A DNA stretch of 64,000 bases from Eledone cirrhosa (taxonomy: Eukaryota), in NCBI GenBank assembly GCA_964016885.1, contig OZ024745.1, positions 97,216,001-97,280,000 of the forward strand, given 5' to 3'. The first letter of the stretch is position 1. The number at the start of each line of letters is the position of its first letter. A model generated the notes under the pieces. The model had not been told where the DNA came from and did not search any database. It saw nothing but the letters and a program-made list of their open reading frames with translations. Positions 12,692 to 27,609 of the stretch are shown piece by piece. Both the position numbers and the translations under genes were made by a program.

Positions 12692-15600
12692 AGTCAGTCA
12701 ACGGCGACTATTTATTAAATTTAAGATGAATACTATCTCCGACAGTAATGCCACAACTACAGTCATGTTGAATAACTGGATATTCTTCTAACTATATCCA
12801 CTGATTCGAATTCGTAGAGATATCCGACTATATACATAATTCATTTTACAAGGATTTGCTACAAAAAGCATGGCTGAATACATCAACAACAACGTTATCA
12901 GTGGAATACCGAAGAAAAACGAGGAAGGCAAACGAAATTTATTCAGTTGTAGCTACAGAAGAAACCGAAATTATAAATCGCATTTCTCTTGGACTTCCGA
13001 ACTTAATGATGATTTATTTAATTGTTATAAAATGGCAAAAAACAATCCCTCCATTGGCTATATGAATAGAATGAAACTACACAGGGACGAAATACACCCA
13101 GAGCTAAATTATTTCACAGCGAAACAATTACGCCAGCAAGCGACATTTGTTGAACATAAAAATAAGATAAATATTATTAATTGTAAGTCCCCCACAACAA
13201 ACATGGAATCAACAACACGTGCTACAAGTCGCCATGCTACTAGATTTCCTAACAGCCAGGTCGAACAGTGCCTTGAAACAACTATACCTGTAAGAAATGT
13301 GACACCACGTGTACCATCTAAGTCTACCTCGAATGCTGGGGAAAACACTATCGATAATTATAATAATCGAAGAAATTTGACAACACGTGTACCATCCGAG
13401 TCTACCTCGACTATTGTGGAAAACACTATTGATAATGATAATAATTAAAAGTATAAACAATTGAAGATTTCCCTCAACGAAATCTTCCAGAGAGAAATTA
13501 ATTCATGTATAAACATTTCTCTTGCTGAACGTATTAAAACAACAATATTTAATACGTGTTATTGACGAAATAGGGGGTGAATATTTACGACGGATAAAAA
13601 TCCCAACATTTTGGCAACGACAGTGAAGCATTATCTTGGTGATAGCAGAGATATTAACAAGAACAAAACAAGAACAAAACACCACCAAAAATCCCATCAT
13701 ATATAATTAAAATAGAAAAAAAGATTGCCGACCTACGAAAAAACATAGGATATGTGACAATGCTCCTTACATGTAAACGAACACAAAAAAACTTCACTCC
13801 TCACCAACAAAGAGTGAAAAATAAAATAGAGAAGATGTTTGGTAACAGTAGAACCAGAACTCTTCAATACAAGCTGATCACCCTCAAACAAAAATTGAGA
13901 GCTGTTAGCGAAAAACGCTGATACCTGAAGAAGGTAGATGACAGAACAGTGCTTAATAAAAGATTCAGACGAAAGCAAACATTAGGCTATAGAGATATGA
14001 AGGGCAAAATAATAAGTGTCACTGAGGCCCCATCCCAGAAAGACATAGATTCCTTTTGGAGAGAAATATGGGGTGAACAGAAGAATTTCAACCACGATGC
14101 AGTGTGGCTAAAAGAAATCCAAAAGAACTATTGCTCCTACACTACAACAAAAACATACGAAATAAGTGAGGGTACCCTTGAGACTGTGATAGGAAAACTC
14201 CAAGATAAGAAAACACCAGGAAGAGACATGATTGTCGGCTACTGGTACAAAAAACTGATATTCTATCGGATGTATCTTACCCACCTCTACCAACAAGTTC
14301 TTAAGGGAGATACACTTATACCAGAATGGTTGACATTAGCACAAACATTACTGGTCCCCAAGAACAAAGACACCCACCTGGCAAAAAACTACCGACCCAG
14401 TGCATGCCAGAACCTGGTGTATAAGATGTATACAGCCTGCCTGAACCTATTCCTCCAAGTTCACTGTGAAAATAATAACATCATCACAGATGAATAAGCA
14501 GCTGGAAAGAAAGGGGTTTGGTGATGTGCTGAACAACTCCTAATCAACAAAACTGCGATGTCGGAGGTGCGACAACTTAGGAGGAATATGACTACAGTCT
14601 GGCTGGACTACAGGAAAGCTTTCGATTCTGTTCCCTACTCTTGGATGATAGAGGCCCTCCAGCTTGCTAAAGTCCCAGATATTATTATCAGAGCCATGGT
14701 CTGAGTTCAAATCCTGCCGAGGTTAACTTTGCCTTTCATCCTTACGGGGTCGATAAAATAAAGTATCAGTAATACACTGGGATAATTGCTGGCCTTGTGT
14801 CAAGAGTAGAAACAATTATTATCAGAGTCATAGAGAAGCTGTCTTCTTCTTGGGCTACTATCCTAAAGTTAAAGACAGAGAAGGGGGACTCTTTTTTCAC
14901 TGATAAAATAAAATATCGCAGGGGCATATTTCAGGGAGATAGTCTCTCTGTGATATTATTCATCCTGTCATTAAACCCCTTGTCCTTTCTGCTCAAGAAA
15001 TGTGAAGGATATATCATTGGCTCACAGGAGGGCAGCAATACGAACCTAACCCATAATTTCTTTGTGGACGATCTGAAACTCTATGCCAAGAACATGGATG
15101 GGATGAAGAAAAATCTTGACATGGTTACAACATTCTCAAAGGATATAGGAATAGAGTTTGGCCAAGATAAATGTTCTTATATGACTGTAAAGCGGGGGAA
15201 AACAACAACCCAATCTAGCAACATTGTCATCAATGCTCTAACTGTTTCACCGATATCTGATGAGGACTGCTAAAGATACCTGCTACAAATGAGAACGTAT
15301 CCTATAATGGTATCTGTAATAAGGAACGCGTAACCAGGGAATACCTCACCCGATTAAGAAAGATATGGTCATCGGAACTCTCTGCGCAAAACAAAACAGT
15401 GGCTCATAATGTGTTTGCTGTGCCTGTCCTAACACCAACGTTTGGAATACTCAATTGGACAATAGACGAAATCCGAGCGATTGATGTTAGAACTCGAAAA
15501 ATACTAAACAACACCGGAAACTTCCACATCAACAGTGACATAGACCGCCTTTACTTGAAACGTAAGCAGGGAGGTAGAGGCCTAACATCAGTCCAGAGAG

Positions 15601-16848
15601 CATTTGAATGTCGCATCATATCCCTCCGACAACATCCGAACTTCAAAGCGTAGGAGCCCGTCTCTCGAGCAAGTCTATCTGCATGAAACAGATAAGATCA
15701 TGAGAGTTGGGAAGGAACTCCTCGAGAGATATTGCCTGTGTGATAATCAAAAACTCACACCCAGGGATGTCGCTCAGCAGTATCGCAGTGAATCCATGGA
15801 TGAAAAACTGCATGCTTGTCAGCAAAAAAAATCATGCATGGATATGTTGCCAGGAAGTTCCAGAGTGAGAGTAATATAGATAAAGAAAGTAGTCTATCTT
15901 GGACCAACAACCGCCATATTGGCTTCCACTTTGAAGGATACGCTTTTGCAATCCAAGAACAGGAAATTAACACGAAATACCTGATTCACAAAAGAGATAG
16001 GGATGCAGGCAAAACACCTAGATGTATAACAAGTGCAGACTGCAAAATTAACATCGAAGATGTCACCCATGTCATAAGCAGCTGTCCAAAGATGTCATCG
16101 CGGTACTATCTACCTATGAGGCATGATGTAGTGGCCAAAACACTGTACAATGCAATCCGTAGAAAAGGTAGTCCCGATAATAAACACATTAAAAGCTACA
16201 GCAATGTGGAAGACATACATATACATAATATGAAAGAGTACTGGTGGAATGTTCCAGTAAAAACCCCAATAAAATGCAGGCATAACAGACCAGATATTAT
16301 GATATGGGACAGGGTAAAGAAGGCATGCACAGTAGTGGAAATTAGCTGCCCAGCAGATGCCAATATAATATCAAAGGTTAGCGAAAAGGAGATTATTTAT
16401 GCAGAACTGGTGAGAAATCTGCAGATACTCCACCCTGATTATACCTTCAGATTTATGCCTGTGATTATTGGGGAACTGGGATATGTTAGTATCTGCCTCA
16501 ATACAAATCTTGAGAAGCTGGGCTTCACAGGAACAAAAAGAACACAACTAGTTAGGAAACTACAAGTACAATCCATTAATGGAACAGTAAAAATATGTAA
16601 AACATTCCAAAGATTTTGCATCTAATAATTGCATATACACATGTACAGATACTAAGCATATACACATACACACATACAACACAAAACATGCACATCCACA
16701 AATACAATAACATCCATATCTACACATGCATGCCTACATACATATCTACCTAGTTGATGTTGTGTAAATGAGAGAGTCTTGTGTCTATGTTAGAAACCGA
16801 CTCTCTCTCTCTATTGCTAAAACTTTGTGAAATTATAAAACTAGAAGA
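12692..16848 (+). mobile_element. Near full-length degenerate R4/Dong-clade non-LTR retrotransposon (RT + CCHC + restriction-like endonuclease)
   Basis: Fragmented ORFs 12870-16625: Myb-like N-terminus (WTSELNDDLFNCY..GYMNRM), KTPGRD, NYRP, WLDYRKAFDSVP, GIFQGDSLS, FVDDLKLY, RLYLKRKQGGRGL, HVISSC, RHD, RPDI..EISCP. Flanked by (TACA)n on both sides; stops and frameshifts present. Confidence 0.9.
14698..14814 (+). mobile_element. 5'-truncated Nin-like SINE inserted in the Dong RT, 17-bp TSD
   Basis: TSD attattatcagag(c/t)cat at 14681-14697 and 14815-14831. Confidence 0.9.
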
Positions 16849-17619
16849 ACATACATACATACATACATGCATACATACATATTTATATATATGTGTGTGT
16901 GTTAAATAAAAAAACAAACTTCTTGAAGGTATCAACTCATATATTATCTTACGCTCGTTTCGCTAATATCAATAAAACCAAATGATATGCATACAAATTA
17001 TTTTTTATAAAAACTTGTGAACTTAATTATATCTCTCAAGTTTATCGCTCATTTGTCTCATGGAACAAATAAATATAAAGTTGGATTAATACCCACAGTA
17101 TATATAATCACATTGAGTACCTATTAACATTTCCGTAACAAATTAAACATTTTGAAAATATTGCTATATTAGAACGCTAAGTATTTTTTTAAATATATTA
17201 ATAAAAGAAAGATAACTTTTGGAACACTTTCTCTTTATGACAGAATCTGTAGAGAAACAAGACTCTATGGGAATTAGACCAAACCTTCAATACCGTAGTG
17301 CAACGCAGCCCCACCACACACACATATTTTCGAAAACAGACTCTATCTGGACCACAAAAAATTCTCTCTCCTCGCGAAACATGTAATTATTTTAAAGAAT
17401 CCTATTCTATTTAGGTTGTCATCTGATTTAACATTTATTGTCAATAGCATTGGAAATATACGAGAAAATATCTAATCAATTATATAGCCAAAAATAACAA
17501 AGCGATCGATTAGGTAAAGTAATTAAAGCATTGGACATTTGTTGTGGCTATATAAGAAGACACTTAATAAAAATACGAAATTGAAATTGAACATTTAAAA
17601 GAAAGAATACACAAAAATA

Positions 17620-18310
17620 CAGTCTATACTGTATAGTCTCTAAGGTGAGTCCACAGATATATTGTAAAACTAAAGATCTAGTATATTGCATAAGGTGCAC
17701 AGAAGAACAATGTAGAAATACGACTATGACATATATAGGAGAAACTGATCATAATATAGGAGAGAAGATGAAGGAACATTGGTGAGAACTCAAAGCTATG
17801 AAACACTTGTCAGAACTCTACTAACATGACAAACTAGAACATTGTAGCTCCACCAAACAGGCGCAATGTTCAGACAGATAAAGGAAATCCCCTATATAAC
17901 AAAAATAAACCCACCCTCAATAGAAAGCATGAATGAAATAGCAATAACCCTAGATACACAAGAAACGTATCATGACACAGAAGAATGAATACTTGAGGGA
18001 TAGAATAATAGCTATCTACTAACGGATGAGAGAATAAAAATATCACACATGCATGCAGAGATACGCATACACACTCATACCAAACACAATAGCTTGTAGA
18101 AGTAGAAACATACAAAGACATACACAGACGCAAACATTCTCGTATGCAAACCACAGAAAATCAAGTGGGAGTAAATAGAACACGATCATGACAAAAATGA
18201 CTCACAGAGGAAGAAGAATAGTCCTTGAGTAGGTCACAGGATGTGTGGTGAAAGAGCTTTGACAATTAAATATGACAATTAAACAACCATCCAGTTTCTA
18301 AGCTAAACCA
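17620..18310 (+). pseudogene. Decayed Penelope-like GIY-YIG end and 3' UTR, related to 37534-39260
   Basis: CKTKDLVYCIRCTEEQCRNTTMTYIGETDHNIGEKMKEHW* aligns with CKTRNIVYSIRCTEGQCRDKNIVYIGETARSVGERINEHW; eroded HHR-like ggtcacaggatgtgtggtgaaagagc near 18230. Confidence 0.8.
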
Positions 18311-18407
18311 GAAATGTATTAGTTACTTAACATATAATTATTTCTTTAGTTACTTAACTAATAATAAAACTGGTAAATGCGTGTTTTGATTATTAAACAT
18401 GACTCTA

Positions 18408-18797
18408 TGGACGGTGGATTGGCAGTATCGGTAGAGGGTTGGACGCCATACTTTTCAGCATATAGTTACGGCCTTTTATGATCTGAGTTCAAATCCCGCC
18501 GAGGTTAACTTTGCCTCTCATCCTTTCGGGGTCGATAAAATAAAGTACCAGTAACGCACTGGGGTCGATTTGATCGACTTTCCCCTCCCCCAAAATTGTT
18601 GACCTTGCGCCTATATATAAGAAACTATTCAGTACCGGTAGAGGGTCGGACATGCTTTCCAGCGTAGTTACGTCCCTTTACGGTCTGAGTTCAAATCCCG
18701 CCGAGGTTAACTTTGCCTTTCATCCTTACGGGGTCGATAAAATAAAGTACCAGTAATGTACTGAGTATTTGCTGGCCTTGTGCCAAAGGTAGAAACA
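18408..18797 (+). mobile_element. SINE dimer inside a single 19-bp TSD
   Basis: attattaaacatgactcta at 18389-18407 and 18798-18816. Confidence 0.85.
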
Positions 18798-18910
18798 ATT
18801 ATTAAACATGACTCTAATAAAGTATAACACTAACTGATTCAATAAACAATTTCACATCAAGACTCTCACAAAATAAATACAAAAACGAGATATATATATA
18901 CACACGCGCG

Positions 18911-18943
<33 letters not shown>

Positions 18944-18945
18944 GC

Positions 18946-19510
18946 AAAAGTTCTATTTAAAGTTGTTGGGATACAGCAAGTAAATATTTTTATAACTGAT
19001 ATAAAGCACTCGACAAGTTTTTGGAGTAGATATACGATATTAATAAATGGAAACTATATTTATAAAGCCATATTTATTTCATTATACATATTTCAGGGAT
19101 ACCACATTAAATTATGGTATGCCTTCATCAGACAAAATACAATATATAACAGTTTTACAAATAGCTTTGAGGTACCCTTTTAAAATGCAACCATTACTTT
19201 TGGAGGCTGTCTGGATAGTGATTTGTTTATATTATTTTAATAAGTCATAGTGTTAAGCACAATTAGAAAAAGACGGAGAGAAAGAAATAGAAAAAAGACG
19301 ACTTATTAAAATAATATAAACAAATCACTATCCAGACAGCCTCCAAAAGTAATGGTTGCATTTTAAAAGGGTACGTCAAAGCTATTTGTAAAACTGTTAT
19401 ATATTGTATTTTGTCTGATGAAGGCATACCATAATTTAATGTGGTATCCCTGAAATATGTATAATGAAATAAATATGGTTTTATAAATATAGTTTCCATT
19501 TATTAATATC

Positions 19511-19515
<5 letters not shown>
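18946..19515. mobile_element. Fold-back HHR element: ~215 bp inverted arms (19031-19246 / 19300-19515) plus ~85-nt tail on the left
   Basis: Near-perfect inverted repeat (explains the twin METIFIKP ORFs); HHR in each arm (19076-19138 -, 19408-19470 +); (TA)n flanks. Confidence 0.85.
19408..19470 (+). ncRNA. Minimal type I hammerhead ribozyme (mirror copy 19076-19138 on -)
   Basis: attttgt-CTGATGA-aggcataccata-atttaa-tgtggtatccct-GAAA-tatgta-TA-atgaaat. Confidence 0.82.
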
Positions 19516-19564
<49 letters not shown>

Positions 19565-19577
19565 ATATATGTATATT

Positions 19578-19656
<79 letters not shown>

Positions 19657-19673
19657 GTATATATATGTATATT

Positions 19674-19840
<167 letters not shown>

Positions 19841-20735
19841 GTGGGGGGGGGGGCTGTCTGTTGTTGACATCACAGTTGCAAGAATGAATATAAAATATAT
19901 ATTACAAACTGAATTTCTTTTGTGATGACACTTGAAATACAAATACACACAGATTCATTCAGACATATACATATATGTTTATATAGGTATATAAATATAT
20001 ATAAATATATACCTATATACATACATATATATGTGTGTGTATATACATATGTGTATATATATATATGCCTGTGTGTATGTATCTATATATATATGTATAT
20101 AAATATATATATACACACACATACATAAATACATACATATGTGTGTTATGCTTTTCTTTCAAATATCTTACTACTATAAGTTTCTTTTCAATAGTCTACA
20201 TAGAAATGTATGGTTGTTGTTTCAGGTGTTTCAGTTGTTGTTGTTTACAACGATGATGATGATACTGTTGTTTTTCTCTCATCTCCATCATAGATCAGAC
20301 AGCGCCCTCTACAGTCCGCAATTATATAATATTGGTATCCATTATACTTCATTATTGTTGTTGTTATTCTTCCTGTTATTCTCATTGCTGCTGCTGTTGA
20401 TGTTGTTGTTGATGCTGCTGCTGCTGCTGCTGCTGCTGCTGTCTTTTGTTTGGGAGCAGGGAAGGGGGTGGCCAAGGGGGGTCTTTTATTTCTGCCTATT
20501 GTTTTACCGTTGTTGTTATTATTGTTTTTTTATAAATTGTTATTATTTTTTCGCTATAGATGTTTTTAGTTTTGCTTCTTCTTCTTCTTCTTCTTCTTCT
20601 TCTTCTTCTTCTTCTTCTTCTTCTTCTTCTTCTTCTTCCTCTTCTCATTATTATATACATAAATATATATGTACATTTATAGAATAATAGTAATAATAAT
20701 AATAATAATTATAATTATAATTATTATTATAATTA

Positions 20736-20782
<47 letters not shown>

Positions 20783-20853
20783 TGTTATTTATGCTACTTT
20801 TGCTGCTGTTATTGTTGCTTCAATATAGTTTCTTTTTCTACTGTTTTTATTTC

Positions 20854-20961
<108 letters not shown>

Positions 20962-21379
20962 CAATGATGATGATGGTGATGTGTCTGTTGTTTACTTTAC
21001 ATCGTCGAACTCGGTTTTTCTTTTGTCTGAGGCAAACAATGACATCAAGACGAAAAAGGAAAAAAGAAAAAAAACAAAACAGAAACAGAACGAAATTATA
21101 TATATATCTACGATGTCTATCTATATGTATCTATATATACTTTATTTTCTGACAACTCTTATTATTTGAAATATATTGTGTGGTGAGCATCATTGAATAG
21201 ATGTTAGCTTCCGTTGTATCCATTTCACTTCATTTGTAGACTTGATACTCTTAATTTTTCTTTTCTTTTCTTTGCTTTTTTTTAAAACGTGAACAAGACA
21301 TAATCTCCTCTGGCGTATTTTACAAACATGTGGTCTTATATGACTGTAGCTAATCCATGTGAGGGTATATTATGTAGAT

Positions 21380-21688
21380 CAGTGCTTTTCAAACTATCTG
21401 ATGTGGCGGACCGGCATTTTTTTTTTCAATGTGCCACGTACCGCTAATATTTCGTAGTAATATTAATTTATACCGGAAACGATATATATAATGAATATAA
21501 TAATAGTTGACCATTTTTTTATCTTCTATTTATTTTGTAAACAAATAATACAATATCAAAACATAAAAAAGTAATAAAAAAAATTCCTCAAATGTTTCCT
21601 TAGCATGGCCTGGACACTGGCCGCGTACCGGTAGCTGATGGCTCGCGTACCGGCACCGGTCCGCGGACCACCACTTTGAGTAGCACTG
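21380..21688. mobile_element. hAT (Charlie-like) MITE
   Basis: TIRs cagtgcttttcaaa / tttgagtagcactg; perfect 8-bp TSD atgtagat (21372-21379, 21689-21696). Confidence 0.9.
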
Positions 21689-21696
21689 ATGTAGAT

Positions 21697-22240
21697 AACC
21701 TATTAGTGTGGGGAATATAATATGTACTCGTACATACATCTTTAGTGTGGAGGGTATTACTATGTACTCATGCATACGTCTTTAGTGTGGAGGGTTTACT
21801 ATGTACTCGTACAGACGTCTTTAATGTGGTGGATCTACCATGCACTCGTACATACGTCTTTAATGTGATGGATCTACCATGTACTCATACGTCTTTAGTA
21901 TGGAGGGTTTTACCATGTACCCGTACATACGTCTTTAGTGTGGTGGATATTACCATGTACTCGTACATAAGTTTTGAGTGCGGTGTATCTTCCATTTACT
22001 CGTACATAAGTCTTTGATGTGGTGGATCTACCATGTACTCGTACATACGTCTTTGATGTGGTGGATCTACCATGTACTCGTACATACGTCTTTGATGTGG
22101 TGGATCTACCATGTACCCGTACATACATCTTTAGCCAGGTGGTTATATTATGTACTCTTACATAGTGTGGGAGATATATTACGTAGATCAGTCTTTAGTG
22201 TGGTTGGTGTATTATGTAGATAGATCTTTAGTGTGGTTAT
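21697..22240. repeat. 39-bp minisatellite
   Basis: Unit tgtggtggatctaccatgtactcgtacatacgtctttga, degenerating at both ends. Confidence 0.9.
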
Positions 22241-24287
22241 TCAGTTTAGTTTGGAGGACTTGTTTTCGATTTCCAATAGCAGTAGATATTCCACTCCAAA
22301 GGATATAGAATATATACTTGATAATTTATCCCATTCAAAGAAAGTTTTAATACATTCCTGCAGCATCCCCTTAGTGTATTACTGTTTATTATTAAATCGA
22401 AAAGTTGTTGTTTTTTTTAAATATATATATCGCACAACTACATATGTTCATAAGTTATTTACATCTTCAGAGTAATTTTAACACGTAAACATAAGAAGAA
22501 TGAGTTGAATGACTGAATTATATACTTTACAAGGGCTTATTTCGTCATTTCCACTGATGTCGAATTGTTTTCTTCTTGTTTAACTAGCTTACAGCCCAAG
22601 TGGCAACAACACTTTTTCTCTGCTTCTCGCACTCCGATGAAGGGCAATGACCCAAAATATAAAATTCTTCACTCCTCGTGACAACTGACTCTACTGTGGA
22701 CTAATTGTTGTCAACGTTGACCATCACCAGTTCCCCTGGATTCCATATTCATCCTTTCCTTTCCATTATTCCAAAGTTTATGACATATGTTCTAGTTGCT
22801 GTTGCTGTCGTTCTTTAGCCCAGAGTAAACCAAGAAAGAGCATACTGATGATCAAATCAATAGACTCACCACAACCTCGAGTATACCCAAGCCTTATGTG
22901 TGAATTGGTGAGACGGAAAATATTTGGAAGCCCGTCAGATGGACTGTACATGCTGAATTTCCCTGAGTATTGCGTTAATTGCGTTAAGGACACATTTGAC
23001 TGTGCAATACAGATTCACTTTCATATTAATTATGTGAAAGGTACACGTGGCAGTGGAATATAAATCCACTGCCACATTAATTACGTTATGGGTATATGTG
23101 GTTATAGAATGCTCAGCCACTTTCACGGTAATTACCTTAAGGGTACACGTGGCTGTGGAATACGTTAATGTTAGGAGCTGCTTGTTCCATTGATTGAACA
23201 ACTAAAATACCATTCGTTCTAGTTGTGACCATCTCCTCTTTTGTTTTCGAACGTAGTATATCAAGGACTACATTATGCAATGGTTTTTTTTGCAGTAGTG
23301 TAGGTAGAGGCGGGAAGCGGTCTGCTCCGGGCGATTTTTATGAGAGTAGCCACATTGAGGTCTATTTCAGAAGCCTGTATAGGTTTTATTGAAATAAAAG
23401 TGGTTTTCATAATTTTAAGAAAGGGTCACTGTGCAATATGTTATAGTTTTTATGGGAGATTTGGGGAGAAAAAAGGCAAACTCAAGAGCTGAGAGAGACA
23501 TCACACACTAGCTACGCCGCGAGTTCTTTCATTTTTATACCTGAAAACTGCGATTTGTGAGAGGGTTTTACTTTTATTTGCAACAGCCTTGTGGAGTCTT
23601 TCCAGCTCACTAAACATAACATAACTGATGCCATGATGCCTCTGGTTAGACTTGTTCAAGCAGATTTAGATTTAAAATGGCCTCCAGCCAAGACCATCTG
23701 AATTTTGTATATCCCGGACTGTATCTTGCTGATATTTGAAGAATATTTGGCTTCTATTTCTAGAAGATCAAGCCAGTGTGAAACATTTCCTCGTTGACTT
23801 TTGACATCACTATTAATTCTGTGGTTATGCTGATCTGTTATTTCTCTCTTCCATTAAATTTTCTGATCAATAAGAAATCGATAAAAACAATGACTTACAT
23901 CTGTATAGTGTGATAACGTCAGTCGGTAAAAGTGCGAAGCTGTTCATCTTAAAAGAAATTATCTTCTTTGTTCCTCTGAAATAACATCTACAGTTGACAT
24001 CGATTAGAGATTAAAGATGTAATACATTGATTTCCTCTTAGGAAGAAGCTAAGTTGAACTTTTCAGATAGTATCCTTAAGTCCGAGAGATTGCTGGTGTG
24101 CTGACTGAAACTTTCTTCTTCTTCTTCTTCTTCTTCTTCTTCTTCTTCTTCTTCTTCTTCTTCTTCGTCTTCTTCTTCTTCTCGTCCTCCTCTTTCTTCT
24201 TCTTCTTCTTCTTCTTCTTCTTCTTCTTCTTCTTCTTCTTCTTCTTCTTCTTCTTCTTCTTCTTCTTCTTCTTCTTCCTCCTCCTCT

Positions 24288-24320
<33 letters not shown>

Positions 24321-24518
24321 TCTTTCTTCTTCTTCTTCTTCTTCCTCCTCCTCTTTCTTCTTCTTCTTATTCTTCTTCTTCCTCATTGGATCAATGTAAC
24401 AACATGCTGCTTCGTTCGTCTCTTGGTCAAAAACATAAATACACTTTTTTCTGTTTTTCTTTGCTTGTTTCCTTAAAGTTTACCATCACTCCGTTGGTAT
24501 ACATCTATTACGCAATTT

Positions 24519-24576
24519 ACACCTGAAGATGTCACCGGATTCTTACGTAACCTGACCACTGAAATGTGCATAATGT
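24519..24576 (+). ncRNA. Degenerate minimal hammerhead motif
   Basis: acac-CTGAAGA-...-GAAA-tgtgca-TA-atgt; weak stems; ACTCC...GAGTGCT tail at 24647-24713. Confidence 0.5.
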
Positions 24577-24824
24577 TTTCAGAAATAAATAATTAAGGAA
24601 ATTCAACATATTTGGCCTCTAGTCATTTTACTTTATAATACATTTGACTCCGTTCCCGCATCACCAACATGATTCAACATCAAAGATGGATGGGCTGCAT
24701 TAGGTCGAGTGCTTTTATTATATTACCTCATGGTTAACATTGCAGAATGACCAATTCTACCATGTGGTAAACCACTAAATTTAAATGTATATATATATAG
24801 AGAGAGAGATGTGTGTGTGTATAT

Positions 24825-24928
<104 letters not shown>

Positions 24929-26864
24929 ATTCCCTGGTGGAAATCGGCCTGTTTTGACCCCAAGAAGAAGAAGAAGAAGAAGATATTAATATCTATCTAT
25001 ATAGTAACTCTATCAAAATATGAAATGAATGGCAAACTCCCTTTCCTAACTCCGTATATTTTTTCTTTTGCTAATATTAACTTATTTACTATTACTCAGT
25101 GCCCACCCATAGTTAACTATAGTACAATTCCTTCAATATACACTCCTTTATTAATTACACATCAGACTATCCAGCATACTAAGTAAACAGTGAAGTCATA
25201 AAAAAACCTCACTTAGAAATAACAAGACTAGTAAAACCGTAATAACACCAGATATCTCATAGAAAATTATTATGCACTTAAAACAGAGCCGCAACACTGT
25301 CGCTCCTTATATCCCAATATGAAAAGCAATACTGCTGTTACCTGTACCAAACGAAGCTGGATAAAATATGATGTCAATTTTCTTAAAAGTACTTGATTCA
25401 ACCTCGTCAAACACAATAAAACAGATGCTTCCGTCTACAACACAATTATCGGGAAATTTGTCCGTCTCTTAGAACAGACAGTAAGCTAGAGACATTGAAA
25501 ACAAAATTAAAGAAATCATCGGATGCCATTACGAAGTACGTAAACATATGAAGAAAATCGAAGTTATGTTAACCATAAAAAGCAACAGTATTAATGACCA
25601 GTTTGGTTACTTTTCAGACAGTCAGCAATAACCTCTACGTGATCGCTTGATCTGCAAGAAATAGCAGCTAAATTTTAAAAGAACAATGGGATACCGTAGA
25701 ATATAGTCATACATATCCTTCTTTATATTGGATAGCCTTGTGTTAAACAAAAACATCATACTAATTAATACATTAACGTACGTATTGTATATTGAATAAT
25801 ATACAGGATGTTTATAAAAAAACATTTGAAGACCTTTCGCTATGAATTTTTAAGGTTGTGATCATCATCACACACCCAGCCACAGCAAAATCAGGGGGAA
25901 GTAATCGACGCGTTTTGGGCTTATTATCGGTTATTAAGACTACATATTTCCCAATCTTTGCTGAGGCTAATGTAAGCTTGAATCTTATAGGTTTCAGTCT
26001 ATGTTTATGAGCTGGTGAAGCTCACACAAGCTGAAATCTATAAGATTCAAGTTTACATTAATATATGTATATCGCTATGTCGGAGTGCCTATACAAAAGA
26101 TTAATAAATTAACACTCAGTATGAGTTAGACGTCATCAATTATATAGTACAAACACCTCCATTTTGAATATTCACAAACAGCAGGCTTAGTAAGAGCTGA
26201 CCTCACGCCATATTCAAATTTTCCAGCCCACTGTTGCAACATATAACCAAGAAATATCGATGAAATTACTAATTATATGTAGAAACACAACTCTCAGCCA
26301 AAGAATTTTGAAATCATTTGGCTTATTATTGCTCTTCAATCTAAATAAATGTCCTATAGAAGCTACTTACAAACTGTTCTGTTCCGACATGGATCTACAT
26401 GAATATATTGATTTGAGCAATTTCAGAAAGATTGGGACGTTTGATTTATAATCTAGCTTGCATGTTGGATGTACATAAACATCCACCAGCAAAACTGGCG
26501 TGGTAGCTAAACAAAATAAATGCGAAGCGTCGCATCCAACCGCTGACTGCTATGATTTAAAATCAGCCAGCGAGGAAGACTCTGCAAGGTCGCTCGATCT
26601 GCTAAGGAAAATATCCAAATACCTCTCAAATTTCACCTAAACGTTTTAAATATGGAAAGAGCAAAGCAGATATTATTGGATTCGACAGCCCGAGAGTCCT
26701 CGGAATGGAGACTTTCTTACGGTCCGTACATCTTACAGCCAGTATCATTTACAGCTAACAATATTACAGCTAACGTCTATTACAACCGAATATGGATGTT
26801 GTCACCAAAGCCGAATAAAACAAGCGGGTGGCTCATGAAAGACATATATTATAAGGATATCAAA

Positions 26865-27072
26865 GGCGGTGGATTGGAAGTATCTGTAGACATGCTTTGT
26901 GGCATATAATTGCGTCCCTTTACGTTCTGAGTTCAAATCCCACCAAGGTTTATTTTGCCTTTCATCCTTACGAGGTTGATAAAATAAAGTGACAGTAATG
27001 TACTGGGGTCGATTCAATCGACTTGCCCACCCCCAAAATTGTCGGCTTTGTGTCTAAATCAAAAACCGCTAT
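26865..27072 (+). mobile_element. Nin-like tRNA SINE
   Basis: Matches the family consensus. Confidence 0.85.
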
Positions 27073-27609
27073 AAAGATATCAATAAATAAAAAGATTAAA
27101 ATCGAGAAAATGTTCAGAAAGTCCAACGGTCTTGTAGATGTTTCAAAAGAATATACTTGCATATAATTGTGGAGGAAAGACTGATGAATATTTCCCCAGT
27201 GCTCGTTAAGAAGACCACTTGTCTAAAGGCTTGGAAAATACACATAGAGGATATTGAGCTGCCTTAATAGACTTAATTAAAGACGCCAAAGTGAAATGGG
27301 GACATAATTTGGAATCTTCTTTCTGTAACTATGAAACAGTCTAAACCACGTTTTTTTATGTTGGTTCTTCATTATTGGATTCATCCTATTGTTTGAATGA
27401 TCTGACAATGTACAACATTGTGTAAAAACGTTAAAAGTTTTGATATCAACACAAAAGAATAATTTTGAAGATTCAACATTAAAACTTAAACAATAAAACT
27501 GATCCGCTGTTTTCTCATTTCGATATTATTAAGATCGATATTTCCAACTATTATGAATTATATAACAATATACCATTAAGTTTTCGATACATATAACTTT
27601 CTTATTCAG

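Noticed and set aside
19047-19499. Twin METIFIKP... ORFs on opposite strands
   Set aside because: Product of the inverted repeat; antisense to the HHR.
21697-22240. CRISPR-like periodicity (also 43095-43292, 50283-50520)
   Set aside because: Contiguous tandem units without unique spacers; eukaryotic context; no cas genes.
22625-22670. HHR-like remnants (also 41286-41342 and 56605-56670)
   Set aside because: Core nucleotides mutated or stems missing; not counted as HHRs.
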